Source: Wallemia ichthyophaga EXF-994 (Eukaryota > Fungi > Basidiomycota). Taken from it: 248,000 bases of DNA. The stretch covers positions 20,001-268,000 of the forward strand of contig NW_008806285.1 of NCBI RefSeq assembly GCF_000400465.1, given 5' to 3'. The notes under the pieces were generated by a model, which saw only the letters and a list, made by a program, of their open reading frames with translations, searched no databases and had not been told where the DNA came from. This document shows, piece after piece, positions 69,201-83,009 of this stretch (positions are counted from its first letter, which is position 1; every line of letters begins with the position of its first letter). The translations under genes were made by a program, and so were the position numbers.

Positions 69201-69537
69201 GGACGGAGGAGGGAGATTCGAGGAGATGGTCGTCGTCGTCGTTGCTGTCGTCGTTGTCGCCGTTGGGATGTCTCTCCTCGTGATCCTTGGCAGATGCGTA
69301 CGAGAGATAAGTGGTTGCAAAAGCAATGACCCTGTCAGCGTAAGATTTAGACTTTGGGAATTGCATTATACGGGTGAGTGAGCCAATAAAAGCCTTCACG
69401 AAGGCAGTGTAGCCAGATTGATCAGCATCTCTAAGGAGTTGCAGGTGGAATTTACGCAACTTGATTTGATTTGATTTGTGATTTGATAGGGATTTCTGCG
69501 AATCGGTGAAGGCGTCGATTAGAGTATCTAACGACAT
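66232..69537 (-). CDS. YCG1: Condensin non-SMC subunit G
   Basis: HEAT repeats; LKGFSAKDKYVRFR; ARDIDPVTRK; LRQCLSYFFPVY. Confidence 0.88.
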
Positions 69538-69598
69538 GGTGGTTGTGGGTTAAGACGCGTCTGGGCTTGTTGACGCGTCGACGCGTAGAACCACCAAC

Positions 69599-70438
69599 AT
69601 GTCCATCAAAACACCGTTAAGGAGAGTTAGCAGTGGAGCGCTCAAGCATTCAAATAATAGCAGCAGCTTGAATATTACTAGCAAAGATCACCATCCACTG
69701 GAATTCCTTACACCAGCGCTGACAGACTTATCTGATGAGTTGGATGGAATTATAAGCAGCACACAGCAGCTAGTCGAGTTAGACGATGCCTTATCACAGT
69801 TCAATCACGGCTTTGGTAGTTTGCTGTGGTCATTGAAGTTGAATGCTTATTGTATCAACTGGCCTGAAGCGCCTACAGATGAATCATTTGCCCGGGTAAA
69901 TGAACTCACAGCGCAATTACAACAGTCAATGGCACCCAGAGAACCCAGAGAACCTACACCTGTCGATACACAAGTAGTCCCACAAGAATCTCATTCAAAT
70001 CATTCAAATCCCGCAGACGAAACACAAGCACATGAACCAGAACCCTCGCCAGAACCACTCAAACCAAAGCCAAAAGTTGTCAGTGTACAGCTACGTAAGA
70101 AAAGGGAGGCGTTTGTCGATAGCGTTATAGATTCACTGCCTTTAGAATACAGAGGTTCACAACCAGCCTTAAGAAATGCCATGTCTAGTGTCCTACATGC
70201 ACTTATGAAGCATCAATGTACTACTCCTCAAGGTAATGGTATTCGTACACCAGATATCGTCAAACATCCAGATCTACCTCAAGCCAAGGTAAACAAATGC
70301 CTTATAGCTCTCGTACAGAAGAAGGCTGTGGTGAAGTGGACGGAGAGTGTAAGTAGTGTGTGTCGGGATATATGTCTATCTACTAACTCCTTTTGCTAAT
70401 CACAGGGTGTCGCTTACTACAGACTACAACTAGAAACC
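69599..70438 (+). CDS. DAM1: DASH/Dam1 complex subunit Dam1
   Basis: LTPALTDLSDE..FNHGFGSLLWSLKLNAYCINWPEAP resembles the Dam1 core. Confidence 0.8.
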
Positions 70439-70554
70439 CCTAGGCGGTGATTTGTACGATATATCAGATATGACATCATTCAAAATTGATCCCGAAGACA
70501 GTCCTCGTCAGTACTCTTAGTTAGAATCAAAAACGTTGAAAATCCTAAAAGAGC

Positions 70555-71005
70555 ATGTCTTCGCCAAATAAATCAACTGGAATGTACCACAGCGTTAAAG
70601 GTAAGTCACTACACTCGCGCCAATCGCATCACCCAGGTTTCACATCAAATACCAGGAAACGTCGTTGAATCTGTTGGGACAGTGACTGGGAGTGAGGAAT
70701 GGAAGAAGAGTGGACAGAAAGAGCACGTCGATGGTGAAGCTGAGCAGAAGGTTCCTCTATCGATTCATTCAGAATTCTTACTGATATAAAAACACCAGGC
70801 AGCTCAAATCAAAGACACAGCAACTGGTATGTATGACCAGGCTGCTGGTAGAGTTCAGGGCGTAAAGGCGGCTATCACAGGCGATAAGCCTGGTCAAGTC
70901 AGTGCAGCCGCTCAAGTCAGTCGCACATACGCTTATATATCATTTTATCTAACTTGCTCAACTTTGCAGGAGGAATCAGGCAAAGCAGCGCAGAAGAATG
71001 CTTAA
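70555..71005 (+). CDS. Small hydrophilic CsbD/LEA-like protein, copy 3
   Basis: MSSPNKSTGMYHSVKG / NVVESVGTVTGSEEWKKSG / GAITGDKPGQ; several introns. Confidence 0.65.
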
Positions 71006-71080
71006 ATGGATATTATTTGTATTCTCTAGTAACATTACATTATACTCCTCTCTTTCACCCACACCACTCACACCGCCAAT

Positions 71081-72420
71081 ATGCACATTGGACTCAAGAG
71101 GCCGCTGCTAGCGCAAGTGCCTTACAAAACCAAGAAATTCCAACTAGCCAAGAAGCGTTCGGCACCAATCTCGGCTTCAATTAAGGAGATTAGCGATGAT
71201 GATGATAACCATAATAACCACGATAGACCAGAGGTTATTGAGATTGACAGTGATAGCGATATTGAGTGTGTTAGCAGTAGTGATGATAATTTCAATTCTT
71301 ATGGCAACGATACCAACGACACCAACGACACCAACGACACTAGCACTAGCACTCACGACCAAACGTTTGAATCTCCTATCGACATCGATACTCCTATTCT
71401 CCCTGAGAATTACCCTCCTCCGCTGCCACCTCTCTGTCGCGACCTATATAACCTCACTTTTACTCACAGAACCTGCGCCGACTTTGTAGCCAATTTCAAC
71501 GCTGGCACCGATAATCTCAGAAAAAGTTATGGTATGCACACCATCACCAATGGTGTCATGGGCGATAGTAGGCAGGGGAATGTAGCGTCATTTGTACCCG
71601 TTTACGACAACGAAGTGAGTGAGTTTGTTGGTGACAGCATCATCGGCATGGTAGTGGCTCTATTGCTGAGAAAATGGTATCCACACCTTCGTCCTGACGG
71701 ATTAACGTGAGTTTTTGAGCCAGAATGTGGCACTGTCTTACCATCATGCTACCAGAGAAATACGCAGCAAGCTAGTCAACAGAGGCAGACTATCGAGCTG
71801 GGCGAAGCTGTACAACTTCGACCAGCATCTCATTCTACCACCTCAGATGCCCCAACTGCCTGTGCGACTCTCACCCATGGTTCTTTGCGATACATTTGAG
71901 GCGTACGTAGCCTCTGTCTTTGACCAGCAAGGTGACGAAAGCGCCGGTCTTATCGCCGTCAAGCAGTGGATTGAGCCGCTTTGTAGGCCTTACGCAGATA
72001 TGTACAGCGCTGCTATCACCAATCGCGAAAAGGAAGTGCGCGAGGCTCCTCGCATGGGCAGCATGGGCTACCTCAACCAGATGATGGAAAAACATCACGT
72101 CGTCGCGGCGTGGACTGAGTCGGGCGGTGTGAATGATCTCAATAACTCTCACAACTACTGGTCTGCTTCCCTTAACCTCACCCTCGACGAACGCGCACAT
72201 AATAGCACTCCCCTCGCTGTGAAATCTAAATTCCCTCTCACTACCACAGGTAAAGCTTCCAAGAAGAAAGTTGCCAAGGAAATGGCAGCTTATAAGGCTT
72301 TGAAGACTTTGGGTCTTAACTGTTGTGGGTATTTCGTTTATTCTATTGCTTCACTCACTCACCCACCAATAGAGACAATCTCTCATTTCAACGATACCTT
72401 AAACACACACATCTTGCTAA
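71081..72420 (+). CDS. Ribonuclease III domain plus dsRBD protein
   Basis: NEVSEFVGDSI and LCDTFEAYV retain the acidic RNase III signature residues; C-terminal GKASKKKVAKEMAAYKAL is dsRBD-like. Confidence 0.78.
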
Positions 72421-72474
72421 ATAATCTCAACGTAAAATGCATAGTTTCTGAAAATCAGCAGTTTCTTGACAATT

Positions 72475-73556
72475 TCACAAATGCTCTCCCACGAAAGCAT
72501 AAAGCCTATCCATCGTTTCACCCTCCTCTTTTTCATCCCACCCGTGGTCCTTGTCGGGGACGATATCAAACGCAACATTTGCACCCTTCTTCTGCAGCGC
72601 TTCTACCACCTCTACAGCCTGCGCGAAAGGCACTGCTGTGTCCACAGTACCGTGAGTGATGTATATCGGTGGAATATCCTCCAACTTTCTACGTTTAAGG
72701 ATATCAGTAATAGTGTATTGAGATACTTCTTCCGCGCTATAACTATCACCGAAGAGCAGCTGGTTGAGAGTGCCTGATTGCACCATCCACGCGTACACTT
72801 AGTCCTGTCAGCAGGGGTGAGGGTATTTGGAGCACATAGCACCCACTTCTAGATCTGCTCGACTCCGCCGCATTCTCTGCGACAGCTGGTGCATCTCCAT
72901 TGAGGTACTTTTTCACGCTATCAAATGGCACAGGCTCGTTCTCCCATGCCGCCTTCCCCTGTGGCGTAGTCCACTGTGCAGCAAGTGAGCAGGTGGCGGG
73001 CAATATCAAAAACCTACGAATGGCGCTAGAGTGTTGGTGATGGGGTATATAGCTGTGCAGACCTTCCTAAACACGCGATACGTCAGCTGGGAACTCCAAT
73101 CATGCGCAAACGACATACGGCACATGTTTTCCATTAGCGACGCCCAGTCCCACCAATAAACTCAGCCAACCACCGGCAGACGAGCCACACACACCCCACC
73201 GGCTGACGTCGATGGTGTGGCCGACGCGGCTGGGCAGCTGCTCTATTATGAATGCGACTGACTGCCCTACATCAGCCAAGATTTCGTGGAACCCCGTCTG
73301 CGGCGCTAGTCGGTAGTCCACACTTATAAACGCAGTGTTGAACTCGCTCGCCAGCCTGTCGAAATGGGGCGCGTAGCGCTGTCTGCTGCCCTGAAATGCG
73401 ATTGTTAGGTCTTTTCAACCCATTCAGATTTACCCACCTGCAATAAGCCGCCGCCTGCTTTGTTAGCCTGAGACCTTACTCCCACTCTAACCACCCACCA
73501 TGATACCATACGAGCACAGGGACGGGCTTCGACTGTGTAGCTGAGGCTGGGACATG
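72475..73556 (-). CDS. Alpha/beta hydrolase (HSL-like esterase)
   Basis: VDYRLAP, GSSAGG nucleophile elbow, ITHGTVDTAV, HGWD. Confidence 0.85.
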
Positions 73557-73703
73557 GATATCCAACTGGATGGGTAAATCATTTATTCTTTTATAAGTAA
73601 AAGTTTCCTTCATTGTTTTATATGTCAGAGTGTCTGACTTTCCGAGAGAAGTGGTGATAAGAGGAAAACGAAAGGCGCATGACTAAAAATTTTCAAAGCC
73701 CCT

Positions 73704-76700
73704 TCAACATCCTTCCAGCACCCTCAGTGCGACTGCTGAGTTCCCGACATCCTTCATACACAGCCAAACAATATCGACATTGCGCACTGAGAGCGCTTCA
73801 TACAGTGAGACAATGTCGTCCTTCAGCAAGGGGTGGTGTAAGAGGGCTGTAAAGTCAGCACTGAGCTGCCAAACCAGCTCGTCCGCAACAGCTATCTCCT
73901 GCACCACACTCCTCATTGCGTCCACTAGAGCCTTATGCGCGCGCTTAGCTGGGGTTGTGTTTTGGTAATATTCTATTCCATTATCCGTGCTCTTTGCGTT
74001 GCTTACTGTGTTGATATCTCTACCATTACCATTTACATCACCACTCAACCCCCGCCTTAGCCCCTCAAATCCGATGGTGCGTCTAATCAGTGGATACGCT
74101 TCTTCCACAATGCGCATACTCATGAACGCACCCGTCTCAACAGCTAGCACGTTTATAAGCTCAAAAGCGGTAGCTATAACATGAGGACTCTCTTCGTACT
74201 CTTCCCCTTTCTTGGCAGCTTTTTCGGATAGGAGGCGGTGGAGTATATACGGCCATGCCCTGTGCACCACAGGCAGCACGTCACTATGGTGACCTGAGCG
74301 CATCAGCACTCTTACCGCATTTCCCATCAGCATGACAGTCCTAGCGCGTAAGAAAGCTGACTGGTGAGTGAGGAAGTGCAAAGCCTTGGACATAATCTTA
74401 AGACAAATGCTCTGCGATCTATTGAGTGGTTCTTTGGGTGTATCTTCTGGCGTTTGCTCCTGATCTACGTTGTGCGGTTCGCGTAGTTCATCCCAAGCTT
74501 GGTGTGGCGTCGGTCCGAAGTCTTCCACACCCTCTTCAGGTGGATCAGCGTGGAGATCGCGAAGCCAATCACTCAGCCCCTCCAGCTCAGCTGCAGAATC
74601 AGGCCGAGAATCAGCCACTGCTACCTCACGTTCACGTTCACCCACTACCTCATCGTCCGTACTGGGCAGGATGGCAGCATCGTCGGACATCACGCTGACA
74701 ATCGTGTCCAGAACGGCAAGCAGTCCCTCTCCCAGCAGAGGTATATCATGGTAATCGTCCAAACTCTCGAATATATCCTCCACCACTCCCTGTAACTTGC
74801 TTATCAGCGCTGCACCGACCAGTCTCATAGCAGCTATCAACACGCGCGGCGCTGCGACATCTAGCCTGACTGGATTTAGATATGATGTAACGCTATTGAG
74901 CAAGTAGTCTGCGTTATCGAGTATCGCGCCACTCGTGCTAGCGTATCCGAAGTAGTAGCTGACACTAGCGAGCGTGCTCCTGCTATGCTCCATGACAGTA
75001 AGAGTGGGGCTATCCAAGCGCGACAGAACGTAGTAGAGTGTGTGGTTGAGCTGGGGTCTACCTTCATAGCCCAGAACATAGCTAGTGGTAGCGATCATGC
75101 GCAAAGTGATGAGTGTAATCAACGTCACCCGCACTCTTTTCTCCAATTTCGCGTTCGATTGCGGTGTGTACTTGAAATTATCAGCCAGCGTTTCCACCTT
75201 ATCGAGACCGCGCACGTGTTCAGAAGGGAGATTGGTATCGGAATGGGGTACGACCTCCTCGCTCACTTCATGATCCCCTTCCATTCTATCTAATTGCTCA
75301 GCCTCGAGACTGAACTTAACGACGCTCCGGCCGAGCTTCACGGCGAGCTTGTGAGCCATTGCGACAGAGGACCGCGCTCGAGCCATCCCCTGCAAGATGC
75401 AACAACACAGCCATAGAGCGCTCGCAGCAGCCCTAGAATGCAGATTACGCTGAGCAAGGCTGAAGAAATATTCCACCGAATGAGACGCCCTATCCCCGAA
75501 CGCACATCCGAGAGCTACCAGCGCTCTGCGTATACACTCCCCGTCTTTACTATCGACGCTCTCGAACGGCATAGCAGGGAAACCGAACCATGGATCATCA
75601 GAGCCGTCGACCCCGATTTCAAAAGCTGCATCAGGGGTGCTACTCCACAGTATACTTCTGCTCGCATTTACTGATACGCTCTCCCCACTGATGGGCGGTG
75701 TCGCGAACGGAATGCAGTCGATTAGCCCCCATGCCCACTTCTCTACTCCGCCGCGCGCACCGAGTATATCATCCATAGGAATCCCACTCAGGCTCGTGCG
75801 CATTGTGAGAGCGGCTACAGCTTCGATCTGCGCCGTTGTTGCTTGTATGCCGCTACTGTCGCGCGATCTGATCGCTGAAGGGATTGCAATGAGCGCATCG
75901 CGCGCGTGCTGCTTCAGAAGTGATTCTAGTATCTTGCGGTGCGGCTCTAACGACAGAAGTCGACTGAGTGCTTCTTTGGCGATCAACGACACTTCACTCG
76001 ATGCCTGGCTGTCTACAGAAAGCATCAAAAGGTTTGATAGAAGCAGTCTGTGACAGTTGTCGAGAGTACCGATACACGATTCGAGCAGATCTGCTGACAG
76101 TTTTGCAACAGCTCGCCTCACCCTGCTGGACTGGTGCTTCACCACTTTCGAAGTGGAGATGAGAACGAGACATATCTGGTGCACGGTGCCCTGCAGCCAA
76201 GAAGGTGTGCGTATCCCTTCCTCTTTCTTCGTAGTGCTAGGTGGAGCGAAAAGAGATGACGCTACTGGTATACTCCCTTCATCCCTCCTATGTCTTTCAT
76301 CCACCTTACCTCTCACCTCCAAACTCTCCAAATCAATCCGATTTGCCAGTTCAGTCAAGTCGGCAATCTGCACCGGCTGAAGTGCTGCACATAGATCATC
76401 GTTGAGAGTCGACATGACAATCAGCCGTAGTGTTTCCAAGGCTGCTACTGCCAACTCGCTATTGATATGGTTTTCGCCTTTTAGGATCTTGGTTATCGAG
76501 CTCGCTGTGCCCGGCAACAAAACAGCGTTGATGTCAGGCTTATCGAAAGCGTATTCGCCTACATACACACCTACTAGCTGCAAGGAGCGTGTGCGTAGAG
76601 TGATAAATGTGTGCAATGTAGCCAAATCGAGTAATTGAGCAATAAGTGATCCTAATATCGACATGCGCTTCGTTGTGAGGAGAGAGGCGTGATCGAGGGA

Positions 76701-77190
76701 AGGATTTAAACTAAGAGTGTGAATCAACTCAACGCATGAAAGCAGTTGCACCTCTGACTTGCCTCCTTTTATGCTGTTGATTAGTGTCATCGCAGACAGC
76801 ATCCACAACTGCTCCCATTCAGCAGTGGGCACGCCTTCCAGGGCCCAAACTTTGGATATAGAATTGAGAGCATTGATAACAGCCACAGATCCCTTCTCAG
76901 GGAGCTCTGTGGGCGATATATGGCGGAGAAGGCCAGCTATTGGGAAGAAGACGTAGCGTATGAGCTGGAGAGAGCTATTTGTGGTGCTTAAATTAAGGCT
77001 GAGTGAATCTGAGAGTTCTTCAAGTGCTGAGAGCAGTCCTGGCTCGTTTGGTGTTAGATTCGGCTTCGTTACGAGGAAGTTGAGTCTGACGCAGGCAGGT
77101 TTGAGCTGAGCGTGGGTGTGAGCGCGGCGAAAGTACGTATATAGCCTCGCTCACAGCCTGGAAAGCGGTATTTCGCGCATCGTCGACCAT
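73704..77190 (-). CDS. TTI1: HEAT-repeat protein, Tti1-like (TTT complex)
   Basis: More than 1000 aa HEAT; LLPGTASSITKIL, DNADYLLNS, VVHRAWPYIL resemble Tti1. Confidence 0.7.
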
Positions 77191-77329
77191 CTCTGCAATC
77201 CTCGATGATGAAAGCTAAGACTAGAGATAAGAAATTGAGATTATTTTACAAATTGTTTATCGCATTATACCGAGACTTGAGGCTTAAAATTATGTCTAAA
77301 CAGTATGACTGGCTGATTTGCTTTTTATA

Positions 77330-79070
77330 CGCCAAGCAGACAAAGGCAAACCTAGAATGAATGTTAGTAGAAGCCATAGGCGTATCCTTCAACTCACGCT
77401 GCAGTTTACGCGCTGTAGGATAAATATAAGCGGCTAGAATTACAGCCCCGAGCACAACACAGATGGTGCTGGTGACAAAGTAGCCATCGCGTTCAACAAC
77501 ACACTTTCCACCGATATCCGAACACACAGATTTGGCATGCTCAGAACTGCAGTCCTCTGCCTTGACGATGACGTCCTCATTCTCTTCATGGACGTGACAA
77601 GTAGCGATACTGAGTCCATCGACAGCCTTGAGAACGAAATAGCGCGGCCACGTTCCACCAAGATTCGACACTGTGTTGAGGAGGGTCATGTACGTTCCTC
77701 CAATCAGCGGATCCGCTATCTGGGTGTGGAAGGCGCATATGCCGACGAATTGGACAGTAGACATGAATCCACCGACGAGTGTCATTGCAATCACCGATGT
77801 GAATATCGTCGCAGTCACTGGTGGTTCTATAAACTTGATGGCTAGCATCGCAACAACGGCGTAGACTAGTCTGCCGATGAATGCACTTAGCCATGGTTTG
77901 AGTGGGTTGCGACCTTGTGACCACTGCGCAGCTAGCCAGCCACCAATGATCTGCACAGGAAAATCTATAAGCACTGCTAAAGCGAGGTCCTCCTTGCTCA
78001 ACCCTTTCTCTAACAACTTGAGCGAAGTGACGGCTTCATTTGCTTGGAAACCAATTTTAGCGACGAGGTGAATCATGACAAACGATTGGACGTGTTTGAG
78101 CTTTAAAATAGAAAGCATTTGGCTGTACACCTTCTTGATGTCCATCTCATCCTCGTCGGTGATGACATTCTCTTCTTTCTTGAAAAACGTAAGCCAGACT
78201 GTGAACAGGACGAATACTGCACCAAAGAATTGGAGGTATCCCCCAAGAGTAACTAGAGGGACTTCTAAAGGAGTTGATCTAAAGTATTTGTTGCTGAATT
78301 CAATCGAATTCAACGCCAAGAAGACGGTGAAAGAGAGAAAGTAGCCCGTATTCAAGCCAATAGTCTGAGCTGTAGATGCAAAGGAGAGATTTTCGTTGCT
78401 GAGCAAGGTTAATGCCCATCCGTCTACTGCAATGTCTTGAGTTGCAGCCAAGAAAATGAGCATGAAGAAGGTGAAAGTGAGTAAATTGACGTCCGGTACC
78501 TCCTAAAGGGCAATTGAGTTTTGATTACGCGTAAAATTACCGCACTCACCTGCGCTAAACTGTCTTGGATCCAGAAGGACATCCAGTACATCATTGCACC
78601 GACTAGAAACTGGATGGGTACGATCCAGCTCTTGCGTCTGCCCAATTTGGGATTAAAGCAAGCATCCACGATGGGTGACCAGAATAGCTTGAGTGAATAA
78701 GGGTATGTAGATAGCGAGAAGAAGCCAATTTGCGAGTAGCTGAGTTTCGCTTTGAGAAGAAAAGGGATACTGCCAAAAGCTAATCCTGTGGGTACGCCCT
78801 GTAGGAGATCTTAATATCTCGATGAGCTGTGTGGTGATGAAATCGAGCGTAAGAAACTCACACAAGATGACCAAGATTATCATTGCAGATCTATCCTTGT
78901 GGTACCAAATGTCAAAGAAGCCGCGATCGGAAGATTGTTGCGCTGTCTTCTTTGCGTCGTCATTGGCTTCCAAATGGATATCGAGCTCGTTGATGACGGG
79001 CTTAGGAGATGGAGATATACGCGGAGATCTACCGCTCTTGAGGTTGTTCCTCGATGGTTTCTTCCTCGCT
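77330..79070 (-). CDS. Acetyl-CoA transporter AT-1/SLC33A1 family (MFS)
   Basis: LYLLQGVPTGL, WSPIVDA, GRRKSWIVP, ATQDIAVDGWAL, GGTYMTLLNTVSNLGGTWP. Confidence 0.93.
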
Positions 79071-79655
79071 GGCATCTGAAGATGGGCGTTTGGTGACAAA
79101 GACATTCCTGCGAGTGAACAGCCATCATCAATTATCATGGAAACAGAACGCAGCCAAACAGGCCAAGGGAGTGAGACGGTGGAAGGAACAGAGAGCAGAA
79201 CACAGCTGCAACGACACCAAAGCCAGGTGCTGAAATTGAGAGGAGATGAGCCAAAACAGCGGGAACAGCGGGAACGAGGCGGAGGAGTGAGGTGGGAACA
79301 AGGCACAGTAGATAATGAGCATATGGGGAAGAAAAAGTCAAAGAGTGCGTGTTATCTCCTGCTATTCCAACGCATCTGACGCATCTCCAGTCTGCTGCAT
79401 CTACCACAAGCCAAAGAGATTTGATGAGTCGTCGGACGAGTCAGATTGCAGTGACAACGAGCACCGTCACGCTAGCAACTGCAATCTCAACAAATACGAT
79501 AATCCTAGCCATACAAGCCATCGACACGGAGCATCTAAGGACAAGGATACCGCCTGAGATGGCTGCCAGATCTACCGCCTATTCATACAGGTTAATTATG
79601 TCTTGTATTTTTATCTATTCGCTGCAATCTCTTCTTTATCTTTCACCACCACGCG

Positions 79656-81277
79656 ATGGACGAATTCGCCAATGAACTATTCAGCGACGGCGGCGACGGT
79701 GCCGACGAAGCATACGAAGATGCCACATACCAAGAAGATATGATGGAAGATCACGATATTATCTCAGTAAATCTCCGCGGTGCAGATAAAGAGCAAGTGA
79801 GCCCGCACTCAGCCTCACAGATGATACGGCGGGCGATCATCCACGAAGCCCAACACGCAGGCTTCGAGCGAGCCACCGAAGATGCCATGATCGAGATTGA
79901 GCGACACGCCGTCTTCTGTGCGTCTCGCCATCCTATCTTCTCTAAAACACCCCCTAACCTGCAACAGGCATAGAGAGTCTTGCCAAAATGACCATGCAAT
80001 ACACAGAAAATGCCTACAGGACTGAAGCGACGCTGCATGAAGTCAGTGAAGCTTTCAGCGACGTCGGTATGACTGCCTCAGAAATGAACCCGATAGCAGA
80101 GCGCAACCGCGGTATTAAATCGACTAAACTGCTCCCGACGCCTATATCGACAATGCATCAATTCAAGGACCCAACCGAGGATTTCTTGCCAAGTGACGAT
80201 GAGCAGGATCCTGAGTATCGCATGGTGCAGCAGGAAGCTATGGATAAAATGCTCGAGCTCGCACCGTATGGTATAGGTCCGCGTTTGCCTCCAAGACATG
80301 CTTACCATCGTACTGCCGTCTATCCCACTCCACATAGGACTCAGACGCCTTTGGCGCACTTGGATAGGAAGCAGAATACAAGCAGGCTGGTTGAAAGGGC
80401 TCTTAAGTCGCTGATTGAAAGGACTCAGGTGGCTACAGAGTCCTCCCTGATGGCGAAGAATCAGCAGGCGCTGGGCGAAAGCCTTGATGACGATGACGCG
80501 GGTATAGTGCCAGTCCAAGAGAAGAAGGACGACGTTAGTGCTGGAGCAGAGCAGGAAGGACAGAAAGGGCAGCTGCCAGCATCAACAGCAGCGCCTCTTC
80601 AGCCTAGCACGAGTGAGCCAACTGAGGCTCAAGCAATGGAAGGTGTCCAGGTGGAGAAAAAGTATGGTGAAGCTGCACCAATAGTACCTGAGGTAGTGCA
80701 ACCGCAAGTCGAGGAGACGCCTGCTGAGCCAAAGCAGAGCGATCGTCAGCGGCCGGAAGAGGCAGGAGCGGGAGAAGCAAACGAAGAGCAGCAGCAGCAG
80801 CAACCAGAATCAATTGCTGTAATTTCTGCAGGGTCCGCACAACCAGAGCAACCAGAGCAACCAACACAGCCGTCTGAACAAACATCAAGATTACCACCTA
80901 CACAAGAACCAACAGAAGTGGCAGAACCATCCACACCTACGATCACTCAAAGTGAACCGTCTCATACAACTCTCGAAAAAGAAAAAGAACCTTCAACCAA
81001 AACAAATGGGGCGGACTCGCCAATGAAAGAGCACACGAAGCAAGCCAATAAACCACCCTGGCTGCAGAATATACAGATCGACGCGAATATTCTTAAAGAG
81101 CTGCCACTCGAATTTGGGATAGTTAATTTTGGCGATGCTGGTGAAGCACTTAACACTTCTTCGAGCATGAACATGCCATCGAATGGGCGGGGTGGAGGCC
81201 ACGCGCAGCTGGTACCAACCGATAGTGATGCATCGGGGTATGAGTCGCGCGTAAAGAGGAGACGCTGGAAGGTGTAA
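79656..81277 (+). CDS. Histone-fold bromodomain-associated protein, TAF8-like
   Basis: QHAGFERAT..AM; AYRTEATLHEVSEAFSDVG; LPPRHAYHRT. Confidence 0.6.
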
Positions 81278-81352
81278 TATGTGTGTATATGTGCATTCAA
81301 TGTGATTCCATTATCTCTAAAGACTCAGGCTTAATTTTGGCCGTTGCACTCG

Positions 81353-82325
81353 CTAAAATCCTTTGCAACTCTTCCACTCGGCGTCTTGCTGCTGTACATT
81401 GAGTCTATTGGCCAACTCAACCAGTCCAATATTACGAGTCGAGGGATGAACGTCAGAGAAAGGCACACGACCGTCGAGAAAGATGTCAAATTCCTCCGGA
81501 TGCACCGTCTCAGGCTCGTCCTCCTCCTGTTCGCGAGCAATGTACACGGTGCGCATGCCTACAGCTCTAGCGCCTCTGCAATCATTTGCATGTGCGGCAA
81601 CCATAGCGCACTGCTCCGGGCGTAAGCCGAGCCATCTAGCGATGCTCAAGTAAGTTTCCGGGTGAGGTTTATAAACACGGGGGATATCAGCCCCGCAGAT
81701 GAAATCCCAACGGAGGTTGGCATGTTTAGCCATATCCACCAGCAGCCTGCAGTGACCGTTGCTCAGCGTGGCGACGACGTACTTCTGTTTCAGAAGGTCG
81801 ATCCCATGCGCGGCGTCAGGCCAAGCGTCCAGATCGTGCCAAATGAGAGAGAGGTCGTCGAGCTGTGCCGGGGTGTAGACATGATCGATGGCGTACTTGT
81901 GCGTGAGCGCGTCGAGTGCGTTTCGATGGAACGTATCGACCGTGGGGAAGTGGGAGTGTGTGGGTGCGACACCGCGTGAGTGCTCAGCTACACCCCTCTT
82001 GAACGCCTCGCGCCAGTCAGCGAGGAATGCCGCCCAGTTCACCCTTTCCAGTCGCTCAGCGTCTGCGTGCGCACTAGCGCGCCGACAAAGCTCAGCGTGC
82101 ACCGTGTGGTGCCAGTTGACAGTGGTGCCGAAAGCATCGACAATAAGCGCCTGGATTCGGTGTGAGCGTGGACTTGCACTGGTGGACTTGCACGCTTGTA
82201 CTCACTTTCACTCCTTGCTGACGTGCTGGCTCAGCCACTGCACCTCCGTCGCTGATCAACCCCCACTCACCATTTTCGCGTGTGTTGTAGTGGCTGTGGC
82301 TCAGAAGTTTCAAACAATACGTCAT
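81353..82325 (-). CDS. Type II haloacid dehalogenase-like HAD hydrolase
   Basis: FDVFGT (upstream exon), WHDLDAWPD, ATLSNG, YKPHP, MVAAH. Confidence 0.82.
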
Positions 82326-83009
82326 TCGATAGTAACGATAAAAATTGCATACTCCCCAACGCCCGACGGACTCTCACGCCGAATGTCACCCCCGCGCTCT
82401 ATCTGTTTCCCTTCTGCACGAGCCTCCTGGATGCGATGCAACGCCAATGATTGCTGCTTCTGCCCGGCACGAACCAGGCACGGCGTACTCACTGGTGGTA
82501 TACTTGGTGAGCCGAGTAGAAAATACGTAAGCAGCTAAACACATATTTTCTCCACCACTTGCTTCGCTCCACCAATGTATTTATCATATCGTCCAGACTA
82601 TCCATATCTTCTGCTTGCTATTTGATAGCTCCACTGCGGTATCATCAGGGACAACTAAATGAAGCCCTTTACGAGTTCTTCAAAACGCAATTGACTACGT
82701 ACCAGAGATACTCCGGTGGTTCAGCGTAGTTGAGAAACACTAGTAATTTACAAATCACGACGCTGGTCAAGAAACGCTTTCGGTGAATTCAACACCTCCT
82801 TTGACTCCTCATACTTTAAGGAGTATTGATGGACGCAGTTTATAACATTTATCGTCTTAACAACATAATCAGATTTCATCATCAGGAAAAACTAATACAA
82901 AGCACCATATATACTATCGTTTTATGCACGCACTAAGCAGAGAGAATTGAAAAAAGTGTATCATTGAAATAAAGTGAGAGTGAGAATTTTATTATCATAG
83001 TGGTACATA

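Noticed and set aside
66232-70438. Condensin YCG1 next to DAM1 as a segregation gene cluster
   Set aside because: A two-gene adjacency is easily chance in a genome this dense.
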